Shown piece after piece: positions 33,941 through 43,444 of a stretch of 64,000 nt of DNA (positions are counted from its first letter, which is position 1; every line of letters begins with the position of its first letter). The DNA is from Alphaproteobacteria bacterium. Its GTDB lineage: Bacteria; Pseudomonadota; Alphaproteobacteria; Bin95. The notes under the pieces are model-generated. The model saw only the letters and a program-made list of their open reading frames with translations, was not told the origin of the DNA and made no database searches. Position numbers and translations under genes: made by a program. The stretch is from assembly GCA_965205265.1 (NCBI GenBank), contig CBDBGH010000003.1, positions 768,001 to 832,000 of the forward strand. Reading direction: 5' to 3'.

Positions 33941-34198
33941 CGAAGAGTCCTTGAGGGAACGAACGAGGCCATGACCTGACTGTGCGGTGGAAGCGCCGCC
34001 TGAGCGCCCTGCTTCCGCACTTGACCCGGAGCTGGAGTGGCGGCGCCCGTTGCCGGGCCCGCCAGCCCTCCGAGCCCGGTGGACGCGATAGGCGGTGGTT
34101 GCCGGGGAGTGCGCATGATATTGTTTTCTTTGGCTCCCGCAGGGGGCCAAAGGTTCTCGGTCGGGAGGTTGGGCAAGCTGTTGGACAAATCGGGATTG

Positions 34199-34226
34199 AT
34201 TTGGAAATATTCAATATTTTCCAAAT
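34199..34226. promoter_or_regulatory. AT-rich palindromic operator-like site
   Basis: ATTTGGAAA-N10-TTTCCAAAT, perfect 9-bp arms, about 130 bp upstream of an LLM gene. Confidence 0.5.
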
Positions 34227-34353
34227 GTTATGGTGAAATCCTGCCTCTCTCCCTGTCCGCCGGCTTCTTCCGCTTGTCCGGCTCTCGGCGAAGAGCGTTT
34301 GCGTCTCGCCTTCGGCCCCCTGTCGCAGGCGTCCGGCTCTCCAGGAGATTTGC

Positions 34354-35508
34354 ATGATCCGCAAGTTCACCACCGTCTATCCCGGCCATATCGATCTCCC
34401 GGACCGGGGGCAGGATGCGACCCCTGCCGATGAGCGGCGCTACTCCAACGAGGCGCTCGCATCCGTATTCGCCAAGACCGACGCGGTGGCGAAGAAGCTG
34501 GACGAGATCGGTTTCGACACGCTCTGGCTGGCCGAGCACCATTTCCAGCACGAAGGTTATGAGTGCATCCCGAACATCCTCATGTGCGCGGTGCATCTCG
34601 CCCATATCACCCGCTCGCTCAGGATCGGCTGCGGCTTCAACATCGCGCCGATGTGGCACCCGCTCCGCTTGGCGGAGGACTTCGCCACTGCCGACATCCT
34701 GACGCAGGGGCGCACCGTGTTCGGCGTCGGGCGCGGCTACCACACCCGCGAGGTCGAGACCTTCGGCGCGCCGATGCAGGACCAGACGGCCAACCGGGAC
34801 CTGTTCGAGGAGCAGGTCGAGATCATGTTCAAGGCGTTCAACGAGGAGAGCTTCCGCCACGAGGGCAGCCACTACACCCTGCCGCCGCGCGTGCCCTATC
34901 GAGGCTACGACCTGCAGGAGATCACCCTGGTGCCGCGCCCGGTCAACCTGCCGGTGGAATGCTGGCAGCCGGTGGTGAGCGCCAATCCGCGCGGGCTGGA
35001 CTTCATGATCCGGCACGGCATCAAGGGCGCCGTCGGCGGCGGCGCGGCGACCATGGCGGAAGGGCCGATCCAGGGCTACCGGGACGCGGCCGCCCGCGCC
35101 GGACTGGACCTGGAACTCGGCGAGAACCTGACGATCGGGATTTTCTTCTATCTCGCCGACACGAAGGAACAGGCGGTCCGCGAGATGACGCCGCTCTATG
35201 AGGAGCATGTGAAGATATTCGCGCCGCTGGGCTTCGTGCCGGGCATTTCGCCGGAGGGCGTCAGGGCGGTGTCGCGCCGGGGCGGCTGGTACGAGAACGG
35301 CGTGCCGAGGCTGGAGCACTTCATGGACCTCGGCGCCTGGTTCGCCGGCACCGCCGAAGAGCTGGTCGGACGCCTGAAGCAACTGGAAGAGCGCTACCCC
35401 GGCATGGAGCACATCAACCTCTCCACCAGCATGGGCACGCCGACCGCGCAGATGCTGGAGCAATTCGACCGCGTGGCGAAGGACGTCATGCCCGCCTTCG
35501 GGCATTGA
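34354..35508 (+). CDS. LLM-class flavin-dependent oxidoreductase
   Basis: LWLAEHHFQHEGYE, WHPLRLAEDFATADILT.GR, GVGRGYH. Confidence 0.9.
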   Translation: MIRKFTTVYPGHIDLPDRGQDATPADERRYSNEALASVFAKTDAVAKKLDEIGFDTLWLAEHHFQHEGYECIPNILMCAVHLAHITRSLRIGCGFNIAPMWHPLRLAEDFATADILTQGRTVFGVGRGYHTREVETFGAPMQDQTANRDLFEEQVEIMFKAFNEESFRHEGSHYTLPPRVPYRGYDLQEITLVPRPVNLPVECWQPVVSANPRGLDFMIRHGIKGAVGGGAATMAEGPIQGYRDAAARAGLDLELGENLTIGIFFYLADTKEQAVREMTPLYEEHVKIFAPLGFVPGISPEGVRAVSRRGGWYENGVPRLEHFMDLGAWFAGTAEELVGRLKQLEERYPGMEHINLSTSMGTPTAQMLEQFDRVAKDVMPAFGH

Positions 35509-35596
35509 GTCGGGCAAGCGCTGCCGGCAGATTGCCGGCCGCGCCCCGTCCGCTATGTTCGCGGGGAGTGCAACGACCCGACAGAGGAACGCGCCG

Positions 35597-36427
35597 ATGG
35601 CTTTTCAGCATCTGATCTTCGATGTGGCCGACGAGATTGCGACGATTACGCTCAACCGCCCGGAGGCGCGCAATGCGCTCTCGGAGCCCATGCGGTCCGA
35701 ACTGGACGCCGTGCTGGCCGAGCTCAAGCGCGAGGGCGGGCGCAGCGTCAAGGCGGCGATCGTCACCGGGGCGGGCCGGGCGTTCTGCGCCGGGGGCGAT
35801 GTGAAGGCGATGCAGTCGCGCCAGAAGGGCGCGGAGTTCAACCGGCGCCGGATGCGCGAGGGCCACAACCGCTTCTACGACCTCATGAACCTGGAAATGC
35901 CGGTGATCGCCGCGGTCAACGGCGCGGCCGCCGGCGCCGGCTGCAATCTGGCGCTCGCCTGCGATTTCATCCTCGCCACGCCGCGCTCGATCTTCATGCA
36001 GGCCTTCGGGCGCATCGGGCTGGTGCCCGACTGGTCGGGCTTCTACCTGCTACCGCGCATTGTCGGACTGCAAAGGGCGAAGGAGCTGATCTTCAGCGCC
36101 CGCAAGCTCGGCGCAGCCGAGGCCAGGGAATACGGCATCGTCTATGAAATCCACGAGGAAGACGCGCTCATGGACGCGGCGCGGGCGCTGGCGGGGCGTT
36201 TCACAAAGGCCTCGACGACCGCCATCGGACTTTCCAAGACCATCCTCAACCAGTCGTTCAACCTCGATCACCGCACCATGCTGGAGATGGAGGCCTTCGC
36301 CCAGTCGGTCGCGTCCGGGTCCGAATACCACGCGGCGGCGGTCGCCCGCTTCGTCGGGAAGCAGCCCGCGCTGTTCGACTGGGAAGCAATGGACCGCGCG
36401 CAAACCGACGCGCTGGCCGCGGAGTAG
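35597..36427 (+). CDS. Enoyl-CoA hydratase/isomerase family protein
   Basis: ITLNRPEARNAL, AFCAGGDV, AVNGAAAGAG, GLVPD. Confidence 0.92.
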   Translation: MAFQHLIFDVADEIATITLNRPEARNALSEPMRSELDAVLAELKREGGRSVKAAIVTGAGRAFCAGGDVKAMQSRQKGAEFNRRRMREGHNRFYDLMNLEMPVIAAVNGAAAGAGCNLALACDFILATPRSIFMQAFGRIGLVPDWSGFYLLPRIVGLQRAKELIFSARKLGAAEAREYGIVYEIHEEDALMDAARALAGRFTKASTTAIGLSKTILNQSFNLDHRTMLEMEAFAQSVASGSEYHAAAVARFVGKQPALFDWEAMDRAQTDALAAE

Positions 36428-36493
36428 CGCGCGAAGGGAAAAAGCCGGCGCGGCCTCGCCACTGCCGGCCTTGGGAAGTCGATGGCGGGGCGG

Positions 36494-36832
36494 CTACTCG
36501 GCCGCCTCGTCGTAGGCCGCGCCCTCGTCGTAAACCGTGTCGTATTCCCGGTCCATCGTGATCGGCATCTCATACATCTCGATCTGCGGCGGATGGTCGT
36601 ATTTCGCCGTCATGTAGGCGACCCACTCCGCGTTGTAGCCCTTCTCCGCCGCCTCTCGGGACTCCCAGAGATAGATTCCCCCGCCGAGGCCGTCCCGGTA
36701 GAGCACGTTCTTGCGGATCAGCCCCTCGGTCGCCATGTAGCGCGGGATCGAATCGCGGAACATCTGCACGGCGGTTTCCCGGTCGGTGCCTTCCGGCAAT
36801 CCGTAGGTGACAACGGCGATCATCCTCGTCAT
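36494..36832 (-). CDS. YdhR-like dimeric alpha-beta barrel putative monooxygenase
   Basis: GLIRKNVLY...GGGIYLWESREAA. Confidence 0.75.
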   Translation of the reverse strand: MTRMIAVVTYGLPEGTDRETAVQMFRDSIPRYMATEGLIRKNVLYRDGLGGGIYLWESREAAEKGYNAEWVAYMTAKYDHPPQIEMYEMPITMDREYDTVYDEGAAYDEAAE

Positions 36833-36976
36833 GGCCCGTCTCCCGTCATTTGCGGGCAAGCATAGCAGAACGGCCGCGCCAGCGGCCGCCCCCTCGTATG
36901 CTGCTTGTCGCGTTCCTTCCGCCGGGGTATCGATGCAGGATCGCCCGGCATTTCCGGAAGAGAAGGGAGCATCCGA

Positions 36977-37300
36977 ATGGCGTTTTACGAGCTTCGCCGG
37001 TACACGGTCCGGCCCGGCAAGATGGATGAGTGGCTCGAATTCATGGAGGGGACCATCATCCCGTTCCAGGTTTCCAAGGGCATGGTCATCACCGGAAGCT
37101 ATCGCGGCGAGGAGGACGACTCGGTCTATTTCTGGACGCGCCGCTTCGAGAGCGAAGCAAGCCGCGAGGCGCTCTACGCCGCCGTTTACGAGAGCGATTT
37201 CTGGAAGAACGAGGTCGCGCCCAAGGTCGTGGACCTCATCGACCGCGACCTGATCCAGGTCACCCGCGTGGTGCCGACAGCGCGCTCTGTGGCGCAGTGA
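36977..37300 (+). CDS. NIPSNAP family protein
   Basis: FYELRRYTVRPGKM...YFWTRRFESEASRE. Confidence 0.88.
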   Translation: MAFYELRRYTVRPGKMDEWLEFMEGTIIPFQVSKGMVITGSYRGEEDDSVYFWTRRFESEASREALYAAVYESDFWKNEVAPKVVDLIDRDLIQVTRVVPTARSVAQ

Positions 37301-37325
37301 CGCAATAAATCCGGGCGGCCCCCGG

Positions 37326-37715
37326 TCAGGCGGCGCGGGCCTCGAAGAGCGGACGCGCCGTCTTGGCGTAAGTGTGCTTGGCGACGATCCGGCCGCCTTC
37401 GACATGCAGCAGGTCCAGGCCGCGCCAGGCGCTCGACCGTTCCGGCGTGGTGAGCACGCAGGACCAGGAAATCATCGCCTTGCCGTCTTGCGCGTCGAGG
37501 AACAGGTCCTCCTCCTCGAAGCGCACCTTGCCGAACTTGCCCGCGAACATCGGCTCGAACGCCGCCCTGATCGCTTCCTTGCCCTCGTGCCGGGCCCCGT
37601 GGAACTCGTCATAGACCGCGTCCTCGGCGAACCAGGCCATGACGCCGTCGAGGTCGTCGCGGTTGAAGGCGTCGGTGAACTGGAGCGTGATTTGCTTGAG
37701 CTCGTGGCGGGTCAT
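37326..37715 (-). CDS. SnoaL/NTF2-like protein
   Basis: FTDAFNRDDLDGVMAWFAEDAVY...GKEAIRA...GRIVAKHTY. Confidence 0.85.
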   Translation of the reverse strand: MTRHELKQITLQFTDAFNRDDLDGVMAWFAEDAVYDEFHGARHEGKEAIRAAFEPMFAGKFGKVRFEEEDLFLDAQDGKAMISWSCVLTTPERSSAWRGLDLLHVEGGRIVAKHTYAKTARPLFEARAA

Positions 37716-37747
37716 GCGCGGTCCTCCGGGGCAGGTGTCCGGGCCCA

Positions 37748-38896
37748 TTATAGCCGCTCCGCCGGCGCGGGGGCGCGCGGCGTGAAGGGGCGGCGCTGGC
37801 CGGCCGCCTCCATCAGCGGCATCACCTCCTCGATCCACTGGCGGCACTCGCCGAGATAGTCCACCCAGGAGAGCAGCAGCCCGTCCACGCCCATGTCCGA
37901 AAGCCGCTCCAGCTCCTCGACGATGTCCTCCGCCGTCCCGATCAGCGGATAGCCGCCATGGCCTGCCTTGAAGTGGAAGCGGAAGGCGTCCATCACGGCC
38001 GGCTCCAGCGTACCGGACTGGAGCCCGAAGATTTCCAGCATGTTGGCGACCGCCGCATCGTCGCCGCGCTCGACGACATAGTGGCGGAGATAGTCTTCGG
38101 CCTCGCGCCGCGTCGGGCGGCAGACGACATAGCCGTGGATCCAGCATTGCGAGGAGCGCCCGAGATCGGCAGCCATGGCCTTGAGATGCGAAATCTGCGC
38201 CCGGTCGCTGCCCTCGTCCTTCTGGCGCAGCATGACGAAATTCATGTCGGCATGGGCGGCTGAGAAGGCCTGTCCGGCGGGCGAACTGCCGGCGTTCATG
38301 ATCGGCGGCCGCGGGCGCTGGAGGGGTTTCGGCTCGCTCCAGAGCGCCCTGCCGCTGAAGAAGCGCCCGTCCAGGTCGAACGGCTCCGTCTCGCTCCAGA
38401 GGCGCTTCACCAGGGAAAGCCATTCTTCCGCATAGACGTAGCGGTCGTCATGGCCGCGCATGTCGAGCCCGAACATGTCGAACTCGTTCTTGAACCAGCC
38501 GGCGACGAGGTTGAGCGCGAAGCGGCCCCCGGAGATATGGTCCACCGTCGCGCCCATCTTGGCCGCCGCGACCGGGTGGACCAGCGGCGCGTGGACTGTC
38601 GAGAAGACGGTGGTGTGCGAAGTCTCGGCCGCGATGCCGGCCGCCCAGGTCAGGCTCTCGAAGGTCCGGTTGTTGAAATTAGTCTCGCCGCCATAGCCCT
38701 TCCAGCGGCCGACCGGCAGCAGCGCCTCGAAACCGGCGGCGTCCGCCATGCGGGCGAGCGCCCGGTTGTCCTCCCATGTCATCGGCCAGGCGCCGTCCGC
38801 CGTCGTCACGGTGGAGCCGTGCGAGCAGTTGAACGCCATCACGCCGAGCCCGATGCGGTTGTCGTTGAAGAGCGGGCTCCGCGGCGCGTCGATCAT
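37748..38896 (-). CDS. LLM-class FMNH2-dependent monooxygenase (RutA/SsuD-like)
   Basis: GFEALLPVGRWKGYGG, ATVDHISGGRFALNLVAGW, IMNAGSSPAG. Confidence 0.88.
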   Translation of the reverse strand: MIDAPRSPLFNDNRIGLGVMAFNCSHGSTVTTADGAWPMTWEDNRALARMADAAGFEALLPVGRWKGYGGETNFNNRTFESLTWAAGIAAETSHTTVFSTVHAPLVHPVAAAKMGATVDHISGGRFALNLVAGWFKNEFDMFGLDMRGHDDRYVYAEEWLSLVKRLWSETEPFDLDGRFFSGRALWSEPKPLQRPRPPIMNAGSSPAGQAFSAAHADMNFVMLRQKDEGSDRAQISHLKAMAADLGRSSQCWIHGYVVCRPTRREAEDYLRHYVVERGDDAAVANMLEIFGLQSGTLEPAVMDAFRFHFKAGHGGYPLIGTAEDIVEELERLSDMGVDGLLLSWVDYLGECRQWIEEVMPLMEAAGQRRPFTPRAPAPAERL

Positions 38897-40098
38897 GGTT
38901 CTGCGGCCGTCGCCGTCACGCCCGCCTCGACCAGCGCCCGGATTTCCACCGCGTCGAGCCCCGCCTCGCGCAGCACTTCCTCGCTGTGCTGGCCGGCCTG
39001 CGGCGCCTGCAGGCGGATCGAACCCGGCGTCCTGGAGAAGGAGACGGGCGGGCGCATATGCACGAGGCGGCCTTCCGAGGGGTGGTCGAGGGTCTGGAAG
39101 AACTCCACGGCCTGCAGATGCGGGTCGTCGAACAGCGTCTCGGGAGAGTGCATCGGCATGCAGGGAATATCGGCGGCCTCCAGCTTCTCCAGCCAGTCCG
39201 CCGTCGTCCGGCCCCGCATGATGTCCGCGAGGATCCGGTAAAGCGCCTCGATGTTCCGCGAACGGGCGGTCATGGTCGCAAAGCGCTCGTCCTCCGCAAG
39301 CTCCGGCCGCCCCGCAATCCCGAAGAAGCGGCGCCAGTGGCGGTCGTTGTAGGGCAGCACGCAGAGATGGCCGTCAGCGGTCTCGTGCGGGCGGCGCCAC
39401 GGCGTCAGCAGGCGTTCGTATCCGGCGGGCCCCAGCGGCGGGTCGAAGACGCGCCCCTGCTGGTGCTCGTTCATCACGAAGGAGGCGAAACACTCGAACA
39501 TGCCGCAGTGGATCTCCTGTCCCTCGCCGGTCCGGGCGCGGTGGTGGAGCGCCATCAGGATCGAGAAGAGCGCGAACAGGCCGCTGGTCTTGTCGGCCAG
39601 CACGGAGGGGGCGTAGCGCGGCGCGCCGCCGGTCTGCGCGCCCTCCAGCCAGGCGAGCCCGGAGACGCCCTGGATCAGGTCGTCATAGGCGGGCTTGTCG
39701 GCGTAGGGACCGTCCTTGCCGAAGCCGACGGCGGTGCAATAGACGATATCGGGCCGGTGCTCTGCGATCGCCTCATAGTCGATGCCGAGCCGGGCGGCGG
39801 GCTTCGGCCGCATATTGTGGATGAATACGTCGGCCGTCCGGGCCAGCCGGTAGAGCGCCTCGCGGCCGGCGGCCTGCTTCAGGTCGAGCACGAGGCTGCG
39901 CTTGTTGCGCGCCTTGGTGAGGATGCCGGCCGCCATGCCCCCGTTGCGGCGCGGCCCCACCTGGCGGCTGATATCGCCGCCCGGCGGTTCGATCTTCACC
40001 ACATCGGCGCCGTAGTCGCCCATCAACTGGGTGCAGTAGGGGCCGTACATCACGGTCGTGAGATCGAGCACGCGCAATCCGGCAAGCGGTCCGGACAT
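38893..40098 (-). CDS. CoA transferase family III (CaiB/BaiF)
   Basis: PLAGLRVLDLT, GADVVKIEPP.GD, RNKRS..LDLK, AYDDLIQG. Confidence 0.92.
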   Translation of the reverse strand: MSGPLAGLRVLDLTTVMYGPYCTQLMGDYGADVVKIEPPGGDISRQVGPRRNGGMAAGILTKARNKRSLVLDLKQAAGREALYRLARTADVFIHNMRPKPAARLGIDYEAIAEHRPDIVYCTAVGFGKDGPYADKPAYDDLIQGVSGLAWLEGAQTGGAPRYAPSVLADKTSGLFALFSILMALHHRARTGEGQEIHCGMFECFASFVMNEHQQGRVFDPPLGPAGYERLLTPWRRPHETADGHLCVLPYNDRHWRRFFGIAGRPELAEDERFATMTARSRNIEALYRILADIMRGRTTADWLEKLEAADIPCMPMHSPETLFDDPHLQAVEFFQTLDHPSEGRLVHMRPPVSFSRTPGSIRLQAPQAGQHSEEVLREAGLDAVEIRALVEAGVTATAAEP

Positions 40099-40161
40099 TC
40101 CGCTCCTCCGTTTGTTTTGCACATTCTGGCCCGCCGGCCGGAAGCGGGGAAGGGCGGGCCT

Positions 40162-41235
40162 TCAGCCCGTCTGGGCGCGGTGCCTCAGCAGGTGGTCGGC
40201 CAGCACCAGCGCCATCATCGCCTCGCCCACGGGCACCGCGCGGATGCCGACGCAGGGATCGTGGCGGCCCGTGGTGACGATCTCGACCGCCTCGCCCGCT
40301 TCGGTGACCCCCCGGCGCGGAATGAGGATCGAGCTGGTCGGCTTGACCGCAAAACGCGCGACCACGGGCTGGCCCGAGGAAATGCCGCCCAGCACGCCGC
40401 CGGCATTGTTGGAGAGGAAGGCAATGCCGCCTTCGCCGTCCGGGGCCATCTCGTCATGGGCGGCCTCGCCGCGTTTCGCCGCCGAAGCGAAGCCGTCGCC
40501 CATCTCGACGCCCTTGACCGCGTTTATGCTCATCATCGCCGCGGCAAGGTCGCCGTCGAGCTTGCCATAAACCGGCTCGCCGAGGCCGGCCGGCACGCCC
40601 TCCGCGACGATCTCGATGACCGCGCCGACGGACGATCCGGCCTTGCGGACCGAATCGAGATAGTCCGCCCATTCCTCCACCGCGGCGGCGTCCGGGCAGA
40701 AGAAGGGATTGTTGCCCACGGCATTCCAGTCCCACCGGGCGCGGTCCACGGTCTTCTCGCCCATCCGGACCAGCGCGCCGCGAATCGAGACGCCCTCGCC
40801 CAGCACCTTGCGCGCGATGCCTCCGGCCGCCACCCGCATGGCGGTCTCGCGGGCCGAGGACCGCCCGCCGCCGCGATAGTCGCGAATGCCGTATTTCCGC
40901 CAGTAGGTGTAGTCGGCATGGCCGGGGCGGAAACGGTCGGCGATCTTCGAATAATCCCGGGAGCGCTGGTCCACATTCTCGATCGCGAGGCCGATAGGGG
41001 TGCCCGTCGTCCGCCCCTCGAACACGCCGGAGAGGATCTTCACCCTGTCGGGTTCGCGGCGCTGGGTGGTGAAGCGGGACTGGCCGGGCCGGCGCTTGTC
41101 GAGCCAGACTTGGAGGTCGTCCGGGACCAGCGGAATGCCGGGCGGGCAGCCGTCCACCACGCAGCCTATGGCCGGCCCGTGGCTCTCTCCCCAGGTGGTG
41201 AAGCGAAAGGCCTGCCCGAATCCGTTCGACGCCAT
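40162..41235 (-). CDS. aroC: Chorismate synthase
   Basis: [31 protein letters not shown]. Confidence 0.97.
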   Translation of the reverse strand: MASNGFGQAFRFTTWGESHGPAIGCVVDGCPPGIPLVPDDLQVWLDKRRPGQSRFTTQRREPDRVKILSGVFEGRTTGTPIGLAIENVDQRSRDYSKIADRFRPGHADYTYWRKYGIRDYRGGGRSSARETAMRVAAGGIARKVLGEGVSIRGALVRMGEKTVDRARWDWNAVGNNPFFCPDAAAVEEWADYLDSVRKAGSSVGAVIEIVAEGVPAGLGEPVYGKLDGDLAAAMMSINAVKGVEMGDGFASAAKRGEAAHDEMAPDGEGGIAFLSNNAGGVLGGISSGQPVVARFAVKPTSSILIPRRGVTEAGEAVEIVTTGRHDPCVGIRAVPVGEAMMALVLADHLLRHRAQTG

Positions 41236-42077
41236 CAGCCGTATTTCGGCTTGAAGCTCGCCAGCAGGTCCGACGTGTCCCCCGCCCGGTGCGGGTTCAT
41301 CATGCCGACGGTGTGGTAGCCGCAATCCACATGATGCACCTCGCCGGTGACGCCGGCGCTCATCGGGCTGAGCAGATAGAGGGCGGACTGGCCGATCTGC
41401 TCCAGGGTGACATTGGCCTGCAGCGGCGAGTTCAACTCGTTCCACCTCAGGATGAAACGGAAATCGCCGATCCCGGACGCGGCGAGGGTCTTCACCGGCC
41501 CGGCCGATATGGCGTTGACGCGGATGCCGTCATTGCCGAAATCGGCCGCCATGTAGCGCACGCTCGCTTCCAGCGCGGCCTTGGCGACGCCCATGACGTT
41601 GTAGTGCGGCATCACCTGCTCGGCGCCGTAATAGGTGAGGGTCAGCATCGCCCCGCCCGGCTCCATCAGCGCCGAGGCCCGGCGGGCGAGGTCCGTGAAG
41701 GAGAAGCAGGAGATGTCGAGCGACATGCGGAAGTTCTCGCGCGTCGTATCGACATAGCGGCCCTTGAGTTGGTCCTTGTCGGAAAAGGCGATGGCGTGGA
41801 CGACGAAATCGAGCCGGCCCCATTCGGCCGCGAGCGTCTCGAACAGGGCGTACATGCTGGCGTCGTCGGCGACATCGGCCGGCAGCACCAGCGCCGCGCC
41901 CAGCGACTCGGCGAGCGGGCGCACGCGCTTGACAAGCTGCTCCGTCTGGTAGGTGACGGCGAGTTCGGCGCCGCTCCCCGCCAGCGCCTGCGCGATCCCC
42001 CAGGCTATGGAGCGGTCGTTCGCCATGCCCATGATGAGCCCGCGCTTGCCGGTCATGGCGGCCGATGATGCGGTCAT
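41235..42077 (-). CDS. fabI: Enoyl-ACP reductase
   Basis: [38 protein letters not shown]. Confidence 0.96.
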   Translation of the reverse strand: MTASSAAMTGKRGLIMGMANDRSIAWGIAQALAGSGAELAVTYQTEQLVKRVRPLAESLGAALVLPADVADDASMYALFETLAAEWGRLDFVVHAIAFSDKDQLKGRYVDTTRENFRMSLDISCFSFTDLARRASALMEPGGAMLTLTYYGAEQVMPHYNVMGVAKAALEASVRYMAADFGNDGIRVNAISAGPVKTLAASGIGDFRFILRWNELNSPLQANVTLEQIGQSALYLLSPMSAGVTGEVHHVDCGYHTVGMMNPHRAGDTSDLLASFKPKYG

Positions 42078-42102
42078 GGCGTTCTCCGGGGTCGGGTGAG
42101 GC

Positions 42103-42771
42103 TCAGCTTTCGCCCCCGGTTGCGACCAGACGCCAATTCGGGTCGGGCGACCGCGTGTCCCGGGCGAAGGTCCACACGTCGGTGATCTCCTCGATGGCGT
42201 TGGTCGCGCCGGAGAGCGTCTGGCCCTCGGAATCGCGCAGCACGCCGACCTGCTCCGAGACGAAACGGACCGTCGCCCAGGCCTCATGGCCGTCCAGCCC
42301 GGCATCGGTGAGCTCGGCTTCCTTGATGCCGATCAGCGTCGCCTCGAGGATATGGCCCTTCTCCTCCCGGTCGGCGATGGTGCGCTCGAAATTGCCGAAC
42401 ACCTCGGCGCTGGTCAGCGGCCGGAGCGTGTCCCGGTCGCCGCCGGCAAACGCGTTCACGATCATCTCGAACGCCGCGCGCGCGCCCGAAGCGAACAGCT
42501 CCGGGTCGAAGCTCGCGTCCACGCCCCGGATCTGCCGTATGCCGTCTCCGAGCGGCGTGCCGTCGCTCTCTTCGTCCTCGCCCTTGTTGCGGTCGGGCAG
42601 CGCTATCACATTGTCGTTGGAGTTCGCGTCGCCGGCGGCGTTCGGCTCCGCCTGCGGGGGCGCCTGGTGATGCCCCTGGCGGCGGCCCAGGACGCTGCGC
42701 AGCCGGAAGACGAGGAACGCCGCCACCATGGCGAAGAACAACAGGTCGAAGAACGGAATTCCGCCGTCCAT
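42103..42771 (-). CDS. Tim44/TimA-like adaptor protein
   Basis: FRLRSVLGRR.G, GARAAFEMIV.AF, DVWTFARD...PNW.LVAT; divergent from fxsA. Confidence 0.9.
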   Translation of the reverse strand: MDGGIPFFDLLFFAMVAAFLVFRLRSVLGRRQGHHQAPPQAEPNAAGDANSNDNVIALPDRNKGEDEESDGTPLGDGIRQIRGVDASFDPELFASGARAAFEMIVNAFAGGDRDTLRPLTSAEVFGNFERTIADREEKGHILEATLIGIKEAELTDAGLDGHEAWATVRFVSEQVGVLRDSEGQTLSGATNAIEEITDVWTFARDTRSPDPNWRLVATGGES

Positions 42772-42821
42772 GGGCGCTCACTACCGGCCGTTGCGGCCGA
42801 TCCCTTCACTCGATTGACCAG

Positions 42822-43287
42822 AGATAAGCCCAAGTCTAGGAAAGGGCAAGTATGGCCTTCGCAATCCTTTTGGCGCTGATCGGGGTTCCCCTGGTCGAGA
42901 TCGCCGTTTTCATCGAGGTCGGCGGCTGGATCGGGTTGTGGCCGACGCTCGCCGTGATCGTGCTGACGGCCGTCGTCGGGACCTGGCTGATCCGCGCGCA
43001 GGGGGTGGGCGTATTGATGCGCGCCCGGCGGACGATCGCCGAGGGCGGCGCGCCGATCCGCGAGATGTTCGACGGGGTATGCCTTATCGTGGCGGGCGCC
43101 CTGCTGCTGACGCCGGGCTTCTTCACCGACGCCGCCGGGTTCCTGCTGCTGCTGCCGCCGTTCCGGGACCTCGCAGCAGGATGGGCCTGGCGGCGCTGGG
43201 GCGGCGAGGTCCGCGTCCGGCGGGCCGGGGCCGGCGTCATCGAAGGCGAGTATCGCGACGACACGCCGGGAGAGCCCCGATGATCCT
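42822..43287 (+). repeat. 466-bp direct repeat, copy 1 (long target-site duplication)
   Basis: AGATAAGCCC...GATGATCCT recurs at 45204-45669; ends exactly at the left IS TIR. Confidence 0.95.
42852..43283 (+). CDS. fxsA: FxsA family membrane protein, copy 1
   Basis: PLVEIAVFIEVG..IG...LLLTPGFFTD. Confidence 0.92.
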   Translation: MAFAILLALIGVPLVEIAVFIEVGGWIGLWPTLAVIVLTAVVGTWLIRAQGVGVLMRARRTIAEGGAPIREMFDGVCLIVAGALLLTPGFFTDAAGFLLLLPPFRDLAAGWAWRRWGGEVRVRRAGAGVIEGEYRDDTPGEPR

Positions 43288-43409
43288 CCTGACTTCGACG
43301 GTTGGGCTGACTTCTGACCGATCTCGCGTCTGGAGTTTTCAGTAAAGCCAATGAGTTGGCAGTTGCGGTGCGGTCAAGCTGCGTTGTAGTGCCTAGTAAA
43401 TCTTTGAGA

Positions 43410-43438
43410 CTGTCAATGCCTCCGCCACGCGCTACACT
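43410..43438 (+). promoter_or_regulatory. Putative transposase promoter giving a leaderless mRNA
   Basis: CTGTCA-N17-TACACT, then 6 nt to ATG 43445; no SD. Confidence 0.5.
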
Positions 43439-43444
43439 CCCCCC

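Noticed and set aside
33880-34224. 114-aa minus-strand ORF in the metK-LLM intergenic region
   Set aside because: No recognisable domain, runs through AT-rich promoter-like patches, and has poor SD spacing; kept only as part of the intergenic finding.
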